Positions 41,620 to 54,766 of a stretch of DNA of 64,000 bases are shown piece by piece. This stretch comes from Octopus sinensis (Eukaryota), in NCBI RefSeq assembly GCF_006345805.1, contig NW_021832122.1, forward strand, positions 1-64,000, in the 5' to 3' direction. Under the pieces are notes generated by a model. That model was not told the origin of the DNA. It was given only the letters and a program-made list of their open reading frames with translations, and did no database searches. Both the position numbers and the translations under genes were made by a program. Each line of letters begins with the position of its first letter. Position 1 is the first letter of the stretch.

Positions 41620-43530
41620 TTACAAATCAAATGCATCCTCATCCTCGCTGCTCTCCTCTCTCGGTTGCTCCTCTTCGACCGCCTCAAGCACGCTACAAAT
41701 AACACCCAAAGCAGTCCAACTTTCCATTAATCCCCATCAAAGTATCCCTCAGTCTACAAATTCTGTCTCCGTTCATCAACGTATTACAATGACCCTACAA
41801 CTCTCTCGAGAACACAAACATTCCATATATTAGTGACTAATTCGACTTCTTTCTCACCTCCCAGTCGAACTAGCGATTCCAACAGATAAACCAGCAAATC
41901 CACAAATGGCTGAACTCGTTTCTTCCCGACCTACAAATTAATCACATAAAAAACCTTAATCTTATTGTACAGCTCGAGGAAAAAGTTTATATATATTTTC
42001 AAATCAATACATATGTTGTTTTTCGAGGTCGACTCGATTCTTTCATTCATATCCAAAACTTTGTCCCTTAAACTGCAAATATAAGCCAAAATCTGACATA
42101 GAGAAGAAACTCATCACAAAGTCATCAATATAGCTCATTCGGCAATAAATTCTCGCCAATGTGCTGCCTCCCGTATAAGCCAATATCTCATCATCCAAAA
42201 TAGTCGTTATAAACTCCGACAGGAAATCATATCGATTTTGATGGTCCAATGAATCCATTTCAAACAGAATAACAAACTGATCTTCAAAATCCGGCATTAA
42301 GTGAGGTTTGGAGATTGAGGTTTCCAAAAGTGATAAGAACTTGTTGGTTGTTTCTTCCGAATCAGACAAACTTTCCTCACTTTCTGCATTACTATCTCCG
42401 TTGAAAATATCATCGACCATATCCCTAAGCAATTGACAACTCCAACACTCACGACACTTTCATTTCTCTACTAATCATATCTAATTCTTCGAAAATCGAG
42501 TCCAAAGTAGTGGACATATTCATTTTAAGCACATTAATTTGAAATTCCTCCCAATTAAAATCACGTGAAATACCTTTAAAATATAACACACCCTCCGAAT
42601 TATCCGGACGTTCCTCGTCCTTATTGACCGACTCAAAAGCCCAGAAAAAGACCTCAAAAACGGCTCAAATGGTTTACAATCTTTCTACCAAATCACATAT
42701 ACTAGTAATCCACCCAATAATATGTATATAGCATCCCCGTGACTCTTATTACATCATATATGTAATCGTCGAACTGAGATAACAAATTTATATTCTTTAT
42801 CGATTCAATGTGGGTATATATACTGATTACGTAATATATTATTCAATACTTCTTCACTAACAAGTCGTTCAGAGTTGGACGGTCTGGATGATTAACAAAA
42901 CAAATTTTGTCAGTCATCGGTCTTATGTACATCATATTTCCGTCGAGATTACTCTTATGTTCTAGAACCTTCGAGAAGATTAGAGAAAACAAAATTTACA
43001 GCGTCAACCAGCACGGAAACTGCCAAATCTACTTCTTTTTGAGTAGCAGAGGACAAGTCTTGGAAATATCTCTCCAATTTATCCACGGATTCCTCATCAC
43101 TGACAAGAGAGGCGACTAAGAGCTTCATTGTTAGAAGTGCCATTGCATAATCCGAGTTACTTTTCAGGGAAGCTTCGTGTAGTTCTTTACAAAATGGCAG
43201 AAATTGTTCGACTAGGATGTTACTAGCCACTCTTGGGTGGTTAGACGTTTTTAATACTTTCCGTAGCCAAGAGATATCATTGTTTCTATCTCTTCCAGAT
43301 ATTTGGTGTTATTACCGCTTAAAGGCTTAGTATTTATTGTTTCGTGGAATATCTGAGTTTCAGGAGAGTTATACCTTGAAGACTCTTGTGAGTATATAAG
43401 CCAATGGGTCGTTGTAGTATTCACTTAGGAGAGATTCCCAATGTTTTGTTAGGTCAGACACTTGGTTATTCACCTTATTTTGTCAGGAGTAAATAATTTT
43501 TACATGATTTGTGTTCGTGTTAGCTTCCAT
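41620..43530 (-). CDS. Uncharacterised multi-exon, probably alpha-helical protein with acidic C-terminus
   Basis: Linked ORFs 42955-43230 and 42043-42432, separated by tiny GT-AG introns; ends EEEQPREESSEDEDAFDL*. Family not recognised. Confidence 0.55.
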
Positions 43531-43679
43531 TACACAATCGTATATTTATTTTCTTAATAATCTATTGTAAAAATATAAATTATTCAAGTTATTAAAAAAT
43601 AAAATAAAATAATTGAATTCTTATTTATTATATATTCTTAATTTTTTGCTAAAAAATATTTAACCACAAAATTAATTTG

Positions 43680-46430
43680 TTCACGGATAAATTTTTCCTA
43701 TACAAAAATAATAATATGGAATGTAATGTCGTTTATTAATCAAAAAAACATAAACCGAAAGAAAACACGGAAAGATAGTTAACAGGGAGATTAAACAAGG
43801 CTCCGAAGTATCTCTTTCAATGTTTATCCCAATTATAGTCGACAACTTTTCTCCAAGACCATCCATCTTTTCGGGTGCTATGGTCAAGCCCTTCTCAGCA
43901 TTCCACTTCTTTAACTCGGCAATGCACGATTTCAGTCGTCTCCAAGACTGTGATATCCTTTTCGAAGTATCCATAACCAGGATATCATCAGCGTAGATGA
44001 CAAGCTTGCCAGTACGTACAGACGGCAGAACAATGTCTGACAAGACGAGATTGAAAAGAAGTGGACTCAAGACAGATCCCTACGGGATGCCCCTTCTAAG
44101 TTTCACACATCCCGATAGGCGGTTCCCACAGCAAACAAAAGATTTCCTTCCACACAAGAAGTTTTCTAGCCATCGATAGTTTTTTTATTTCGGCTCCAGT
44201 GTTATGGACTCTCGCAAGTAGGCCCATACGCTATCAAAAGCTTTAGCGAGGTCCAGACACACCGCAGTTACCCAGGCTTCCTTTCTGTAGGCACGTGATA
44301 GTTGGTGCTCTAATTCCATGAAAGAGTCCCCTGTGGATCTTCCTTTACGGAATCCCCATTGTACAGACAAAAGCAGATTTTGTGATTCTACATAACAAGA
44401 AAGTCTGTTAAAGACAATCTTTTTCATAGTTTTGGAGAAAGCACAAATCGGCCGATAGTTCATTGCTAGCAGTTTCGATTTACCAGGTTTTGGTATCATT
44501 CGAAGGATCGTACATTTCCATGTCGATGGAACATGTCCAGCTGGCGTCAAACATCATAGTCAGTGCTTGCATCAGAAGTTCAGACGCCTTCTTCTACAAT
44601 ATCTGAGAAATGTAGTTGAAAACAAGTGATTTTTTCTTTAACCTGGCTATTGCCTTTTCAACCTCCTCTTGTGTTATCGTTCCACATAATGGTCCTTCTA
44701 ACAGTTGCAAAGAGTTGAGTTTCTTACAATCCTGTCATACATCCGTCGTGAAACGGCGGCATCGATCTCTTGTACCTGACTAAGTTGGTCCCTGAGTGCA
44801 TCCGGGACGAGATCAGAGCGGATGTATTTACCATCTGGTCCTTTTAGCGAGATTTCAACTCTTTTGGCATCATTTTTGCTAAAACGTTGGTATATTTTCT
44901 AGAAATTTTTTATTTCAGCAAAACTGATTATATTTAACATAGGTCAATAAGAACTGATGGCGATCCTGTTTCCTCTTGCAATGCCGGCACAGCTGCGGAT
45001 AAAGCAGAGGACATCAAGAAGAAGAAATATGATGGGCTCACCGATCGTTACGTTTTCCGGCCGGTTGCTGTCGAAAATCTGGGATCGATTGGGAAGGAGT
45101 CGTTGTGCTTCCTCAAGTGTATTGGACGTCTCAAGACCTTGAGAACACACAATCCTCTGGAGACGAGATGGCTCCTCCAGAACGTGTCCCAAGCAATAGT
45201 TTTCTAGAAATTAGGATTTCGTTTGTCAAGTTTTTGGCATTCTGACCTCCATTTGCTTTCGACCTCAGTCTTGGCCATTTTTGCGATAATAAATTTAATT
45301 TTTTCAATCTCAATTTTTTAGGCGGTATTTAATAGACTTGACATGACACCTTTTTTTGCGGTTTTCAAAAGTACCTTTCGATTTTAACAAATTGGATCTG
45401 TTTGCATACCAAAATCGACAGTCATCGGCAATCCACTGTTCACTGTTTCGAGGAACTCAGCGTCCGTCTGTACACCAACATCCAAGACATTCGGAACAGT
45501 CCGTTTTTTAACGATTTCCTTCGGAATTTCCCCCCCCCCCACAAGTTCCTCATTCGGAACTTTTATATTAAGTGCATTTTTCTTGGGAAATTGATCTTTA
45601 GAGATTTTCTTAGAATCCTTCAAAGAATTTTCAATTTTAACTTTCCCATTGAATTGTGCTCCAGTTATCAGATGGTGTCACAGAGGTTCCCGAAGTAATT
45701 TTGTCGTATTACTCCGATTTTTCTCTCCAGTGAGTGTTTAACGACTGGGCAACCTCCCCAATTGGCTCTGTATGTCGACAGGCCACAATTAATACACAGA
45801 AGTTTAACTTTCGTTCCTGGAGGATAATTATCCGATTTATGAATAGGAAGCAGCGCAGAGACTCCTTACAGAAAGATGTAATGTGACCGAAACTCTGACA
45901 GCGAAAACATTGCACTTGAGGTCGTTTAAACCATTCAAATCTCAATTTTCATTCTCAGAGTTATCCGAGACTGTGCTTCGACTTTATCTGTGAGAATGAG
46001 TTTCCCGAGAGTTAAAGGCTCCTTATTCTTATAGAATCTTTCCAATATAAAGCCCTTGGAGATTAATCTTGACAAGAGCTTTTCGAGATCACAGTCTCGA
46101 ACCCAAAATGGAATTTTTCGTATTATAAGTTCGGACTTGATAGGAGTAGCCATCTCAATCGAATGGCCACGCATTCCTAAAGGATGATTCTGCTTCCAAT
46201 CAATCTGAAAAGATCGAAAGTCCCTTTCCCTTTTGAATAGTAGCTCATATGAGCCATTTGCTCTTCGGGAGATCCGTGCTTTGCATGTAGTTTGTGAACC
46301 ACAAACTATATTAGCAACTTCGATAGCATTCAACGACGTATTGGATGCTTTCGACAAAACTCTAAAGTTTTCCGATGTCACAGGTGCATTTCCATTGTTT
46401 TTACGCAAATTGATTTGCTCCATCAAATGT
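43680..46430 (-). mobile_element. Degenerate LINE (I/Jockey-like): ORF1 with CCHC knuckles plus RT, endonuclease region missing
   Basis: ORF1 QCFRCQSFGHITSFC at 45709-45945; RT motifs NYRPI, QWGFRKGRST, DLAKAFDSV, SPLLFNL and YADD at 43681-44550. Confidence 0.8.
44950..45200 (+). mobile_element. CRE-clade 3' fragment inserted antisense in the LINE
   Basis: AEDIKKKKYDGLTDRYVFRPVAVENLGSIG..RWLLQNVSQAIV. Confidence 0.75.
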
Positions 46431-46648
46431 ACAACAACTTCTTATAATATATCGAGTGCCGAAAATCAAACAAAGCCGATGGTGAAATTATGACAAAAAA
46501 TCTAACTATTTCTGCAAAGTCCAACGATTTTGTTAACGTTGAGGATGGAGTCGAAAATCACTCCAAAAACCTTAACTATTTCATTAAGAAAGAACTTTAA
46601 TAAGAAAAATTTATTATTGAATAACGAAATCAAAAAAGTCAAAACAGT

Positions 46649-49600
46649 TTATCGACTGACTTTGAACCAAATAATTGCAGCTACAGCACCAACAATCAGA
46701 CCAGTAGATATTACGGGCCATTTCCAAGACCAGTTCGTGCCTTGACAGATTTCCTTTCCACATTCAACCCCCTTTGATGTTTTCTTCTGACTTTCTCCTG
46801 AGCCTTTCTTGTAAAATCGCACCTCTTCTTTACGTTCTTGTTGTTTCTTGGACTTTAAAAAACTCAAAGTTTTCTTAGCATCATCCATGTTCACCTAAAC
46901 ACTCAAAAAACACTTATAAACAGAATCAATAAATTCTAACGCTTCTTCGATTACATCAATGGCCTCTTGATGGTTAGAAAGCTTTGACATTGCCTAAAAA
47001 CTAATTTCAGAACACTCACAAGTGCCTTTCTTCTTATCGATTTGTAATTATGGGGAAAACGAGTCAAAATTGCACTTGAAATAGACACAGCCGAACTGAA
47101 TCTCGATTGCTAAAAATGGAATAAAAATAATGACCGCCATTTCACAAGATGCCAGATTATTCATTAACCTCAACTGCAATTCCTCAACGGACTCGAGTTT
47201 GGCCACCTCAATAGAACAAGTATCGAGGAAATTGACAGCACTGACAGCAATAATAAGACAAACACATTACTCAATGTAGTACTTCCTCGCAAATGCATAT
47301 TTCTTTTCATTATATGAACGCTTTGCAGTCTCATTTCGAACATTTCTGATAAATATTATTAAATTGTATAAACCCGATCAACAAAACGTGTTCTTCTGAC
47401 AGACCTTGAATGGATTCAGCCAATATTTCACACAATCTAATTCGGATAATCACACTTGCACTAATTTAGTTAGAAATTGACAAAATCACCTTCCTTCTCC
47501 CAAATCCTGCGAATTGGGGACAAAAATGTGAATTGGAACCACAAAAGCGCTACTTCTTCAACAGTCATGGATGATATGAGATCTCTTATCACCGTTTCAA
47601 GGTGTGTTGTTCCCACTGCTGTGCAAAAACTTGACCCCTGGCAAATATGATTGCCTCGATGATCACAAAAATCATAATCTCCCAATACCACCGTACCCAA
47701 ATTCAAAATCTTGCCATTTCCAGAATTTACAATAATCTAAAATTTTTAATCACTTTAAACCTTTGGAATGTCTCTTAAAATACGCGAAAATGACAAAGTG
47801 TCGATTGGGCAATCGAATGTGGATAAATGAGAAACTTTCGAGACTGTGTACTCACCATACTCCGAATCCACACAAGATTCGTTTTTTAAAATTTCATTAA
47901 CATCGAAAGGATCGGCAAAATTCATATTCTTCAACAATAAACTGACCACATTAGGATCATCTGTATCTGTCTTTTCCAAACCTAGGGTTGTTCTAGAATC
48001 TTCCAAAACGTCCGATTCTTCTATAGCATTTAGATTGTCTTCTGGCCGACATGGATTTTCAGAGTTATTAATTGAGTGATCACAATTTTGATTAGGCGGC
48101 ATTTGGACATCTTGACTTGCTTCATCGCACACAGACAGTTCTTCTGTGTTTAATTCACCGTTTTTGTTGATAGTCTGGTTATTAGTGTTATTAACAGTTG
48201 TTTTGTCAGTTTCAACCACGGAAGAATCAGTGCCCAATAATGAACTGCCATCATCACATTCAAAAGTGGCTGTTCCCTGAGTTTCTAGAGACTCAACATT
48301 TGGAAGGTTAGTTTCCAAAATCGAATTGTCCACATCACATTTAGAAACTACTTCAATTTCCACAGCTTCAATATTTGGTGGATCACTTTCCAGCAATGTC
48401 TTGTCTTTACTACATTCAGTATAGACAGCCCCTTCATTTTTTAGAGAATCGACAAATTGAAGGTCAGTTTCCAATGGTAAATTGTCCACATCACTTTCAA
48501 AATTAGTTGTTCCCTGAGTTTCAATTGAATCAACATTAGTAAAATCACTTTCCAATGGTAAATTATCCACATCACATTCAAAATTAGTTTTTCCTTGAGT
48601 TTCAACTGAATCAACATTAGTAAAATCACTTTCCAATGGTAAATTATCCACATCACATTCAAAATTAGTTTTTCCTTGAGTTTCAACTGAATCAACATTA
48701 GTAAAATCAGTTTCCAAGGGTAAATTGTCCACATCACTTTCAAAATTAGTTTTTCCCTGAGTTTCAATTGAATCAACATTAGTAAAATCAGTTTCAAAGG
48801 GTAAATTATCCACATCACTTTCAAAATTAGTCGTTCCTTGAGTTTCTATGGACTCAACATTAGTAAAATCAGTTTCCAAGGGTAAATTATCCACATCACT
48901 TTCAAAATTAGTCGTTCCTTGAGTTTCTATGGACTCAACATTAGTAAAATCAGTTTCCAAGGGTAAATTGTCCACATCACATTCAACATTAGTCGTTCCC
49001 TGAGTTTCAATTGAATCAACATTAGTAAAATCAGTTTCCAAAGAGTCAATGTTTGGTGAGCCACTTTCCAGTAATGAATTGTCTCCACTACGTTCAAAAT
49101 GAGGAATTTCATCATTTCTTTGAATGTCAAACTCTTCCGTAGGCATTTCAATCTTAGTCAAAGAGTTATCCGATAACTCTTGTTCGTTTATTAAGCACGT
49201 TTTAGTGGAGATTGTTTGAGAAATCGATTCAGTTATAACATTCTGCTCAAGCTCATAACCACCCAAACCCACTTTTGTGGAAATAGAACTATCAGAGTAA
49301 GGCATCTGTGACTGATTAAAGATAGTAACATCAATTTCCTCGTCACTGTTCGTTTTATTATTGTCTGAATGACAAATTTGTTCAATCGGAATTGATTCTC
49401 TTTGGGAAGTCAATTGTTTTGTTGGAAATTCAGATAAATCGTGATTAACTGGGCCAATAGACTCAGATTTAATGTTTTCTTGCTCAAATTTGTTGATTTC
49501 TGGAATATTGGTCGAGATTTCTATTTCTGTTTGTATTATGTTTTGAGTAGTATTTTGGTGTTTTGTGGATTGAAAACCATAAGATTCAGTTGGAGGATTG

Positions 49601-49692
49601 TGCTTCGAATTTTTAGACGTTTTTTCTGTCGAATTTTTTAATCTGGACCTCCTATTTGAGTCAAGAAAGTTAATTCTTCTACGTTCGTTCAT
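46649..49692 (-). CDS. FKBP8: FKBP8/FKBP38-like protein: large acidic repeat-rich N-terminal exon, FKBP domain, TPRs, C-terminal TM anchor
   Basis: The long ORF splices (24-nt intron at ~47738-47761) into IIVNSGNG..GTVV..VGTT..SMTVEE (FKBP fold), then LRLMNNLASCEMA and HNYKSIRRKAL (TPR), and ends WSWKWPVISTGLIVGAVAAIIWF (compare human PWKWLFGATAVALGGVAL). Confidence 0.78.
48464..49041 (-). repeat. Coding 81-bp (27-aa) tandem repeat, 7 full units plus degenerate flanks
   Basis: Units start at 48464, 48545, 48626, 48707, 48788, 48869 and 48950; peptide LETDFTNVDSIETQGTTNFESDVDNLP. Confidence 0.95.
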
Positions 49693-49776
49693 AAAGTACC
49701 ACGAGGTTTTATTTTTAATTAAAATAAATAAAAATAACACAAATTATTTAATAAAGAATATAAATAAATTAACGAA

Positions 49777-51483
49777 TGTCACGCGCCATAAATGAAACGC
49801 GTGCCTAAAGTGAAACGCCGTGACCTTGAATTTAACCTTCAATTAAGCTCTTGACAATTATCAAGTCAATATTAAAGATGATTGCGCACTTTGAGATAAT
49901 ATTATCGAAATGAGATTTGCCAACATTGTAAAGGATGATCAGGAGTATAAGAATATTCTTGATTTTTTAATAAATAATACAATGAGCTCTCGGAATTCTC
50001 ATCTGCATGCCGTACGTGGTGCTCACTCGACCTTGATTTTTCCACGATCCCTTCAGTTCAAAGGGGCTGGGATGAAATTCTCTGCTTGAACACATTACGA
50101 AAACTTCGCTCCAAGTCGGACCAACTCCAGCTGGCCACCCTTAACTGCGCCTGTCAGCCGCACACGGGTGACTGGCTCAAAGCTCTCCCCACTCCTAGTA
50201 CGGGGTTACTACTGGACGACGAATCCTTGCGGATTGGGATCAGCTTACGATTGGGTTTGGACATCTGCCAGCCCCACCCTTGCCGGTGCGGGTCCTCAAT
50301 TTCGTCAAACGACTTGCACGCCTTGTCGTGTAAGAAGAGTGCCGGGAGAATTCCCCGTCACACTCATCTGAATGACGTTGTGAGGAGGGCTCTAGAGTCG
50401 GCTGGTTTCCCTTCCACCCTAGAGCCAGTCGGCCTTTCCCGGTGCGACGGCAAGCGTCCCGACGGGATGACGACCTTTCCTTTTAGGGAAGGCAAGTCCC
50501 TGGTTTGGGATGCCACGTGTGTCGACTCTTTTTCGGCGACAATGCTTCCCAGGACTGTCGCAAACCCGGGTTCCGCCAGTGCGCTGGCTGAAGAGACAAA
50601 GATGACGAAATACCGGTGTATTTCGGACGCTTTTGAGTTTGCCCCCCTCGCCTTCAAAACCTCTGGAATCGTCGGAAAGGCTGCGACTCAACTCCTCACC
50701 GCCATTGGTAGAAAAATCTCCACAAAAACAAACGACCGGAGGGAGACGAGCTGGCTGTTCCAGCGAATCTCGGTTGCTGTGCTCCGCGGAAACTGCCACT
50801 CAATACGCAGCGCGGCATCGTTGAGCTGACCCTCAGGCTCCCGACAATTCCCTTAGCCACCCAATTGCTTACTTTTTTCTTACTAACACAGTTCTTCTAT
50901 AAATATGTCACCATTTATGGCTTTTTTCCGAACAAGAGGATATAACATTTCTTATTATAATGATGATGAATTAATTGAAGAACATGAAAATCAAACTATC
51001 ATAAATGACAAATATCTTGAAAGAATGGAACGAAATTTTTCAAAAACATTGAAAGAAATTGCAATTGGAAATAATGTTTTGCTGAAAAAAGATTTTGATA
51101 CAAATCAAAGGACGAAGAAGCGAAAATTAGAATCTTTTTATCATCAACAAATCTTTACTGTTGAAGATTTAATTTCAAATAATAGAGTTAAAATAAAAGA
51201 TCAAGATGGAAATGAAAAAATAGTATTTAAATCACAAGTTAAAAAAATTTAGACAGGTAAATTTTCAGGTTAAAATATTTTTAATTTTTGGTAATTTTAA
51301 AATGGCTAACCATTATTTAAATAAATTGTTAATCTTTCAAACGATAATAATAAAAATTGATTTCTCGGTTTTATTCCTGTTTTCATCAAAGGATTGTTAA
51401 TTTTATTTTCGAGGTTTTTTGTGGTTTTCTCAAGGTTCACAGCGTTTCACTTTAGGCACGCGTTTCATCCATTGCGCGCGACA
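49777..51483 (+). mobile_element. Ginger2-type element; catalytic core missing and replaced by a CRE insertion
   Basis: ~50-bp TIRs TGTC(A/G)CGCGC..GAAACGCGTGCCTAAAGTGAAACGC; 5-bp TSD ACGAA at 49772-76 and 51484-88. Residual HSSINMSPFMAF and C-terminal integrase-like domain at 50905-51252. Confidence 0.85.
49985..50882 (+). mobile_element. 5'-truncated CRE-clade retroelement
   Basis: ORF 50086..50829: HTGDWL..LRLG..CRCG..HALSC..RH..KRPDG..WDAT..RISVAVLRGN. About 99% identical by eye to 4320-4875. No TSD seen. Confidence 0.92.
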
Positions 51484-52166
51484 ACGAATAACTCCAAATA
51501 GTATGAGGAATGCTATTAAATAGTATGACCAAAAATTTCTTGAAAATGGTCATACTATTTGAATGGTCACACTATTTAGTCGCACAAACATTTCAAAACA
51601 TAAAAAATTAATAAATTAATTTATTATCTCAACATTACTAACATAACATGCTTTTATACACATTATGCTTAGAAATGTGCTAATTTGAAAACCTGCTGAA
51701 TTAATCGAATTTAAAATTGTTGCATTGGAAAAGGGAAAATTATTTGGTTCGAATTTACAAAAATAAAAATATTTTCTTAAATCAAATGAATATATTTTTT
51801 AATGGGTCATGCTATTTGAATAATCATACTATTTGGAGTTATACGTTATTTTAATTGGAATAAAATTTGTTTAGATTGTAGTATTCCAAATTTTACCGTC
51901 CTCAAGCTTTTTTTGGATAAGCGGAAATAAGATTCCATGACCTGATAGCCGGCGTCATTTTAGAGGCTCTTAGAAAATGTTTAAAGAGCAGCCACTTCCT
52001 GGACATTACTTTTTTGTGATCTCGAATGTATAAGTAATTCTGTAGAGTTCTTCGCAGCTCATTTTGTTGGCCAGAAATTTCCTAGGAGTAGTCTTAATTG
52101 TTTGCCGCGTTGTAAAACAGGATTAGTTTGAAACTTGTACAATCAAATTAAAAGGCGGTTCCTATG

Positions 52167-52998
52167 CAGTGTTCCCTCTAAGCGAGTGGTAGCTATGCGC
52201 GCTGGGCACATTGCATTGTGCAGCGTTATAAAGTGACGTGTGCAAAAAATTTTTTGGGGGGGGGGAAATTTTACAATTAAAAAACCAATGGTTAAAAAAA
52301 TAAGTCTAGTCAATTGGATATTCTCTTCTGTTTTTATTTTGTATCCAAAATTTGTATACTCGATCAAGATCCACTGTATTCCCACTTGTTAAATAGAACT
52401 TGATTCGCATGATCATCTCCAAATGGTCAATCTCAAGTCTATTACGTAGTTTAGTTTTGATAAAGTTCATCAAACTAAATCCACGTTCAGCATCAGCACT
52501 CGACGCTTGAAATGTGCCACAAATATCCACAAATGTTGCAGTGGCTGAAAATTTTATTGAATCTGAATGAATTTTATGGGTAATATGTCTCTTCAGATAA
52601 TCCAATTTCCATATATCCCAGGTTTTTCCACTCGCAAAATCACAAGTCGCTTTAGCGTCGCCACATATTTTACAAACAACTCCGCAGTCTTCGGAAAAAC
52701 TAAAAATATCACCCAGTTGCACATGTTGGGGAATTTTTGAATCTGGTGTTAAAGTTTCGACGTACTCTATCAACCATTCCGGCTTAAAAGAAGGAGAATT
52801 TTTCTTAAGTCTCATATCAATATTATAGACACGTTTTCGTTTTGAAATGAAAATAAGAATATATAAATTCATATAAAAAATTAAAAAAAATAGCAATTTT
52901 TAATATTATACTTTCTACTGCGCAGAAAAATTTTCGCTGCGCAGCAAGGTGCAAACTGCTGCGCGGCCGCGCACGCGCGCAGCTTAGAGGGAACACTG
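52167..52998 (-). mobile_element. Non-autonomous hAT element: zinc finger fused in frame to the hATC dimerisation domain
   Basis: TIR CAGTGTTCCCTCTAAGC; 8-bp TSD TTCCTATG at 52159-66 and 52999-53006. ORF CKIC..LKRH..H followed directly by QASSADAERGFSLMNFIKTKLRNRL. Confidence 0.92.
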
Positions 52999-53625
52999 TT
53001 CCTATGTCTTTGCGCCTAATTCAAATCGTCCACATTTTCTTGAAAAGGGCAACAGTCAGCAGTTTTCTACGAATAACATCTTCCAAAACTTCAAGGAAAG
53101 ATCCAGCTTTCTTGCATGTTCTTCACTTTTGCTCATTTCTCAAACAGAGGCAAGATATAGTAGTTCTTTCTGTTTTGTGTAAGTTTACTAGCAGAAACCA
53201 GTCCTTCAACAAATGAGGAATCACTTTCAATAAATTTCTAGTGAGTTCTGATTTCAACAAACGAAATAAATGTCATTGGGGTAAATGACTTTTACTACGT
53301 TGGTGAAACATTTATTTTTCCTAAAAGATCTTAGAACTGCTTCCAGGTAAATTATACGACAACGCCCTGACTTAAGTCGATTGGAAAAAACTAAAATCAA
53401 TAGATCTTGCACGAAACAGGGACGGGTGAAAACAAGTTGCATGAAATAAGTGAAATCTTAATTAACTTTTTGATTTCGCGAAAATTTCATTAATGATAAT
53501 TTTAATTTTTATAAATTAAGTTTTAATTAAATATAAATTATCGTAGAATTTATTTTAATAAACGTAATAATTTGTATAAATTTAAAAAATTGTAATAAAA
53601 TATTTTATCCAACGTAACAATAAAA

Positions 53626-54726
53626 ATGATAGGAAACGTTTACCCAGGACACGTACCGTAATTTTAGTAAAAATAGGAATTTTTACTTTATCAAGAAAAA
53701 CTATTCCAAAATAAAAAACGAGAAAATCCTTCTCAGACAAATTCATTTCAGGAAAACACATTGTTAGCCCACCAAGAGACAATTCGGAGAAAACATCTCG
53801 AAAAACTTCAGCATCTCATCAGTCGGGGTCACTCTGTCGAAAAACTAATCCTTTCATATAAAAGTGAAAATAAAAATATTTAATTTAGACGAGTTTAATG
53901 AAGAATTTCCAGAAATTTCTCAAGAAATTCAGGAAAACAAAAAAATTAATCAAAATCAAAATAAACAAATTGAATATATTGTCTCGCAGTTTCCTGGACT
54001 GTTGCAAGCAATTCAGAATTTGGAAAAAGTCAACGAAGATCAGGAAATAAAAATATCAAAGCTTAAAGAACAATTGGGTAAGATGTTTTGTAATTAAAGA
54101 TATTAAATTAAACACTAAACTCCCCAAAATTCCTTAAAAACAATCAAAAAACGTTCAAGTTGTTTTTTTAATTGTCAAATAGCCACTTCAGAGAGAACCG
54201 TTGAACATACAAAACACAAAAACAAAAAAACCAAATAAATCAAATAAAACAAATCCAATTCCGGTCAAAACTTTAACTGAAAGGCAAACCAAACTTCTGC
54301 GAATTGTTGAAATGAACCAAAAATTTATTCCCAACAGCAAAACATGCGCATCCGCCAAAAAAGTTGTGAAACTTATTTTGATATTTTAGCGAAGAAAAAA
54401 TCTCCAAAATGGAATTAAAAATAATTTTCCAATTCAGATTTTTGATGATGAGTCTATCAATCTTCCGCCAATAGTTTAATTAAAAAATATTTTGATTAGT
54501 TAAAGGGGGAGCTCAGTGAGGACATCTCCCTGGAAGATTACCTTCCAGTCGATTCGGAACATTTTGAGGAGTCGGATTGGAAGTTGTTTGATGTGAGTAT
54601 TTTTTATTTAAAAAACAGGATCGTGAACAAATGAACATTATTTTTAAGAAAATGAAAAAAGTTTTGTATATTTCTATAAACTAGGAACTAATGTTGCGTC
54701 TAAGAAAAGCTACGAAAATATATTAA
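53626..54726 (+). CDS. Uncharacterised coiled-coil protein, multi-exon; internal exons approximate
   Basis: MIGNVYPGH|EFLLYQEKL..HLEKLQHLISRG..|EFNEEFPE..KISKLKEQL, with 22-26-nt GT-AG introns. Confidence 0.55.
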
Positions 54727-54766
54727 TTTATGTTTTTAATTAATTTTAAATAAATTAATTTATTAT

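Larger units (their letters stand above)
49772..51846. mobile_element. TA-flanked MITE (TIR ACGWATAACTCCAAATAGTATGA) split by a Ginger insertion inside its left TIR
   Basis: Left end 49772-49776 continues at 51489; right TIR TCATACTATTTGGAGTTATACGT ends at 51846; TA at 49770-71 and 51847-48. Confidence 0.72.

Noticed and set aside
53004-53442. Short ORFs around the hAT insertion
   Set aside because: No recognisable motifs; probably decayed TE or non-coding sequence.
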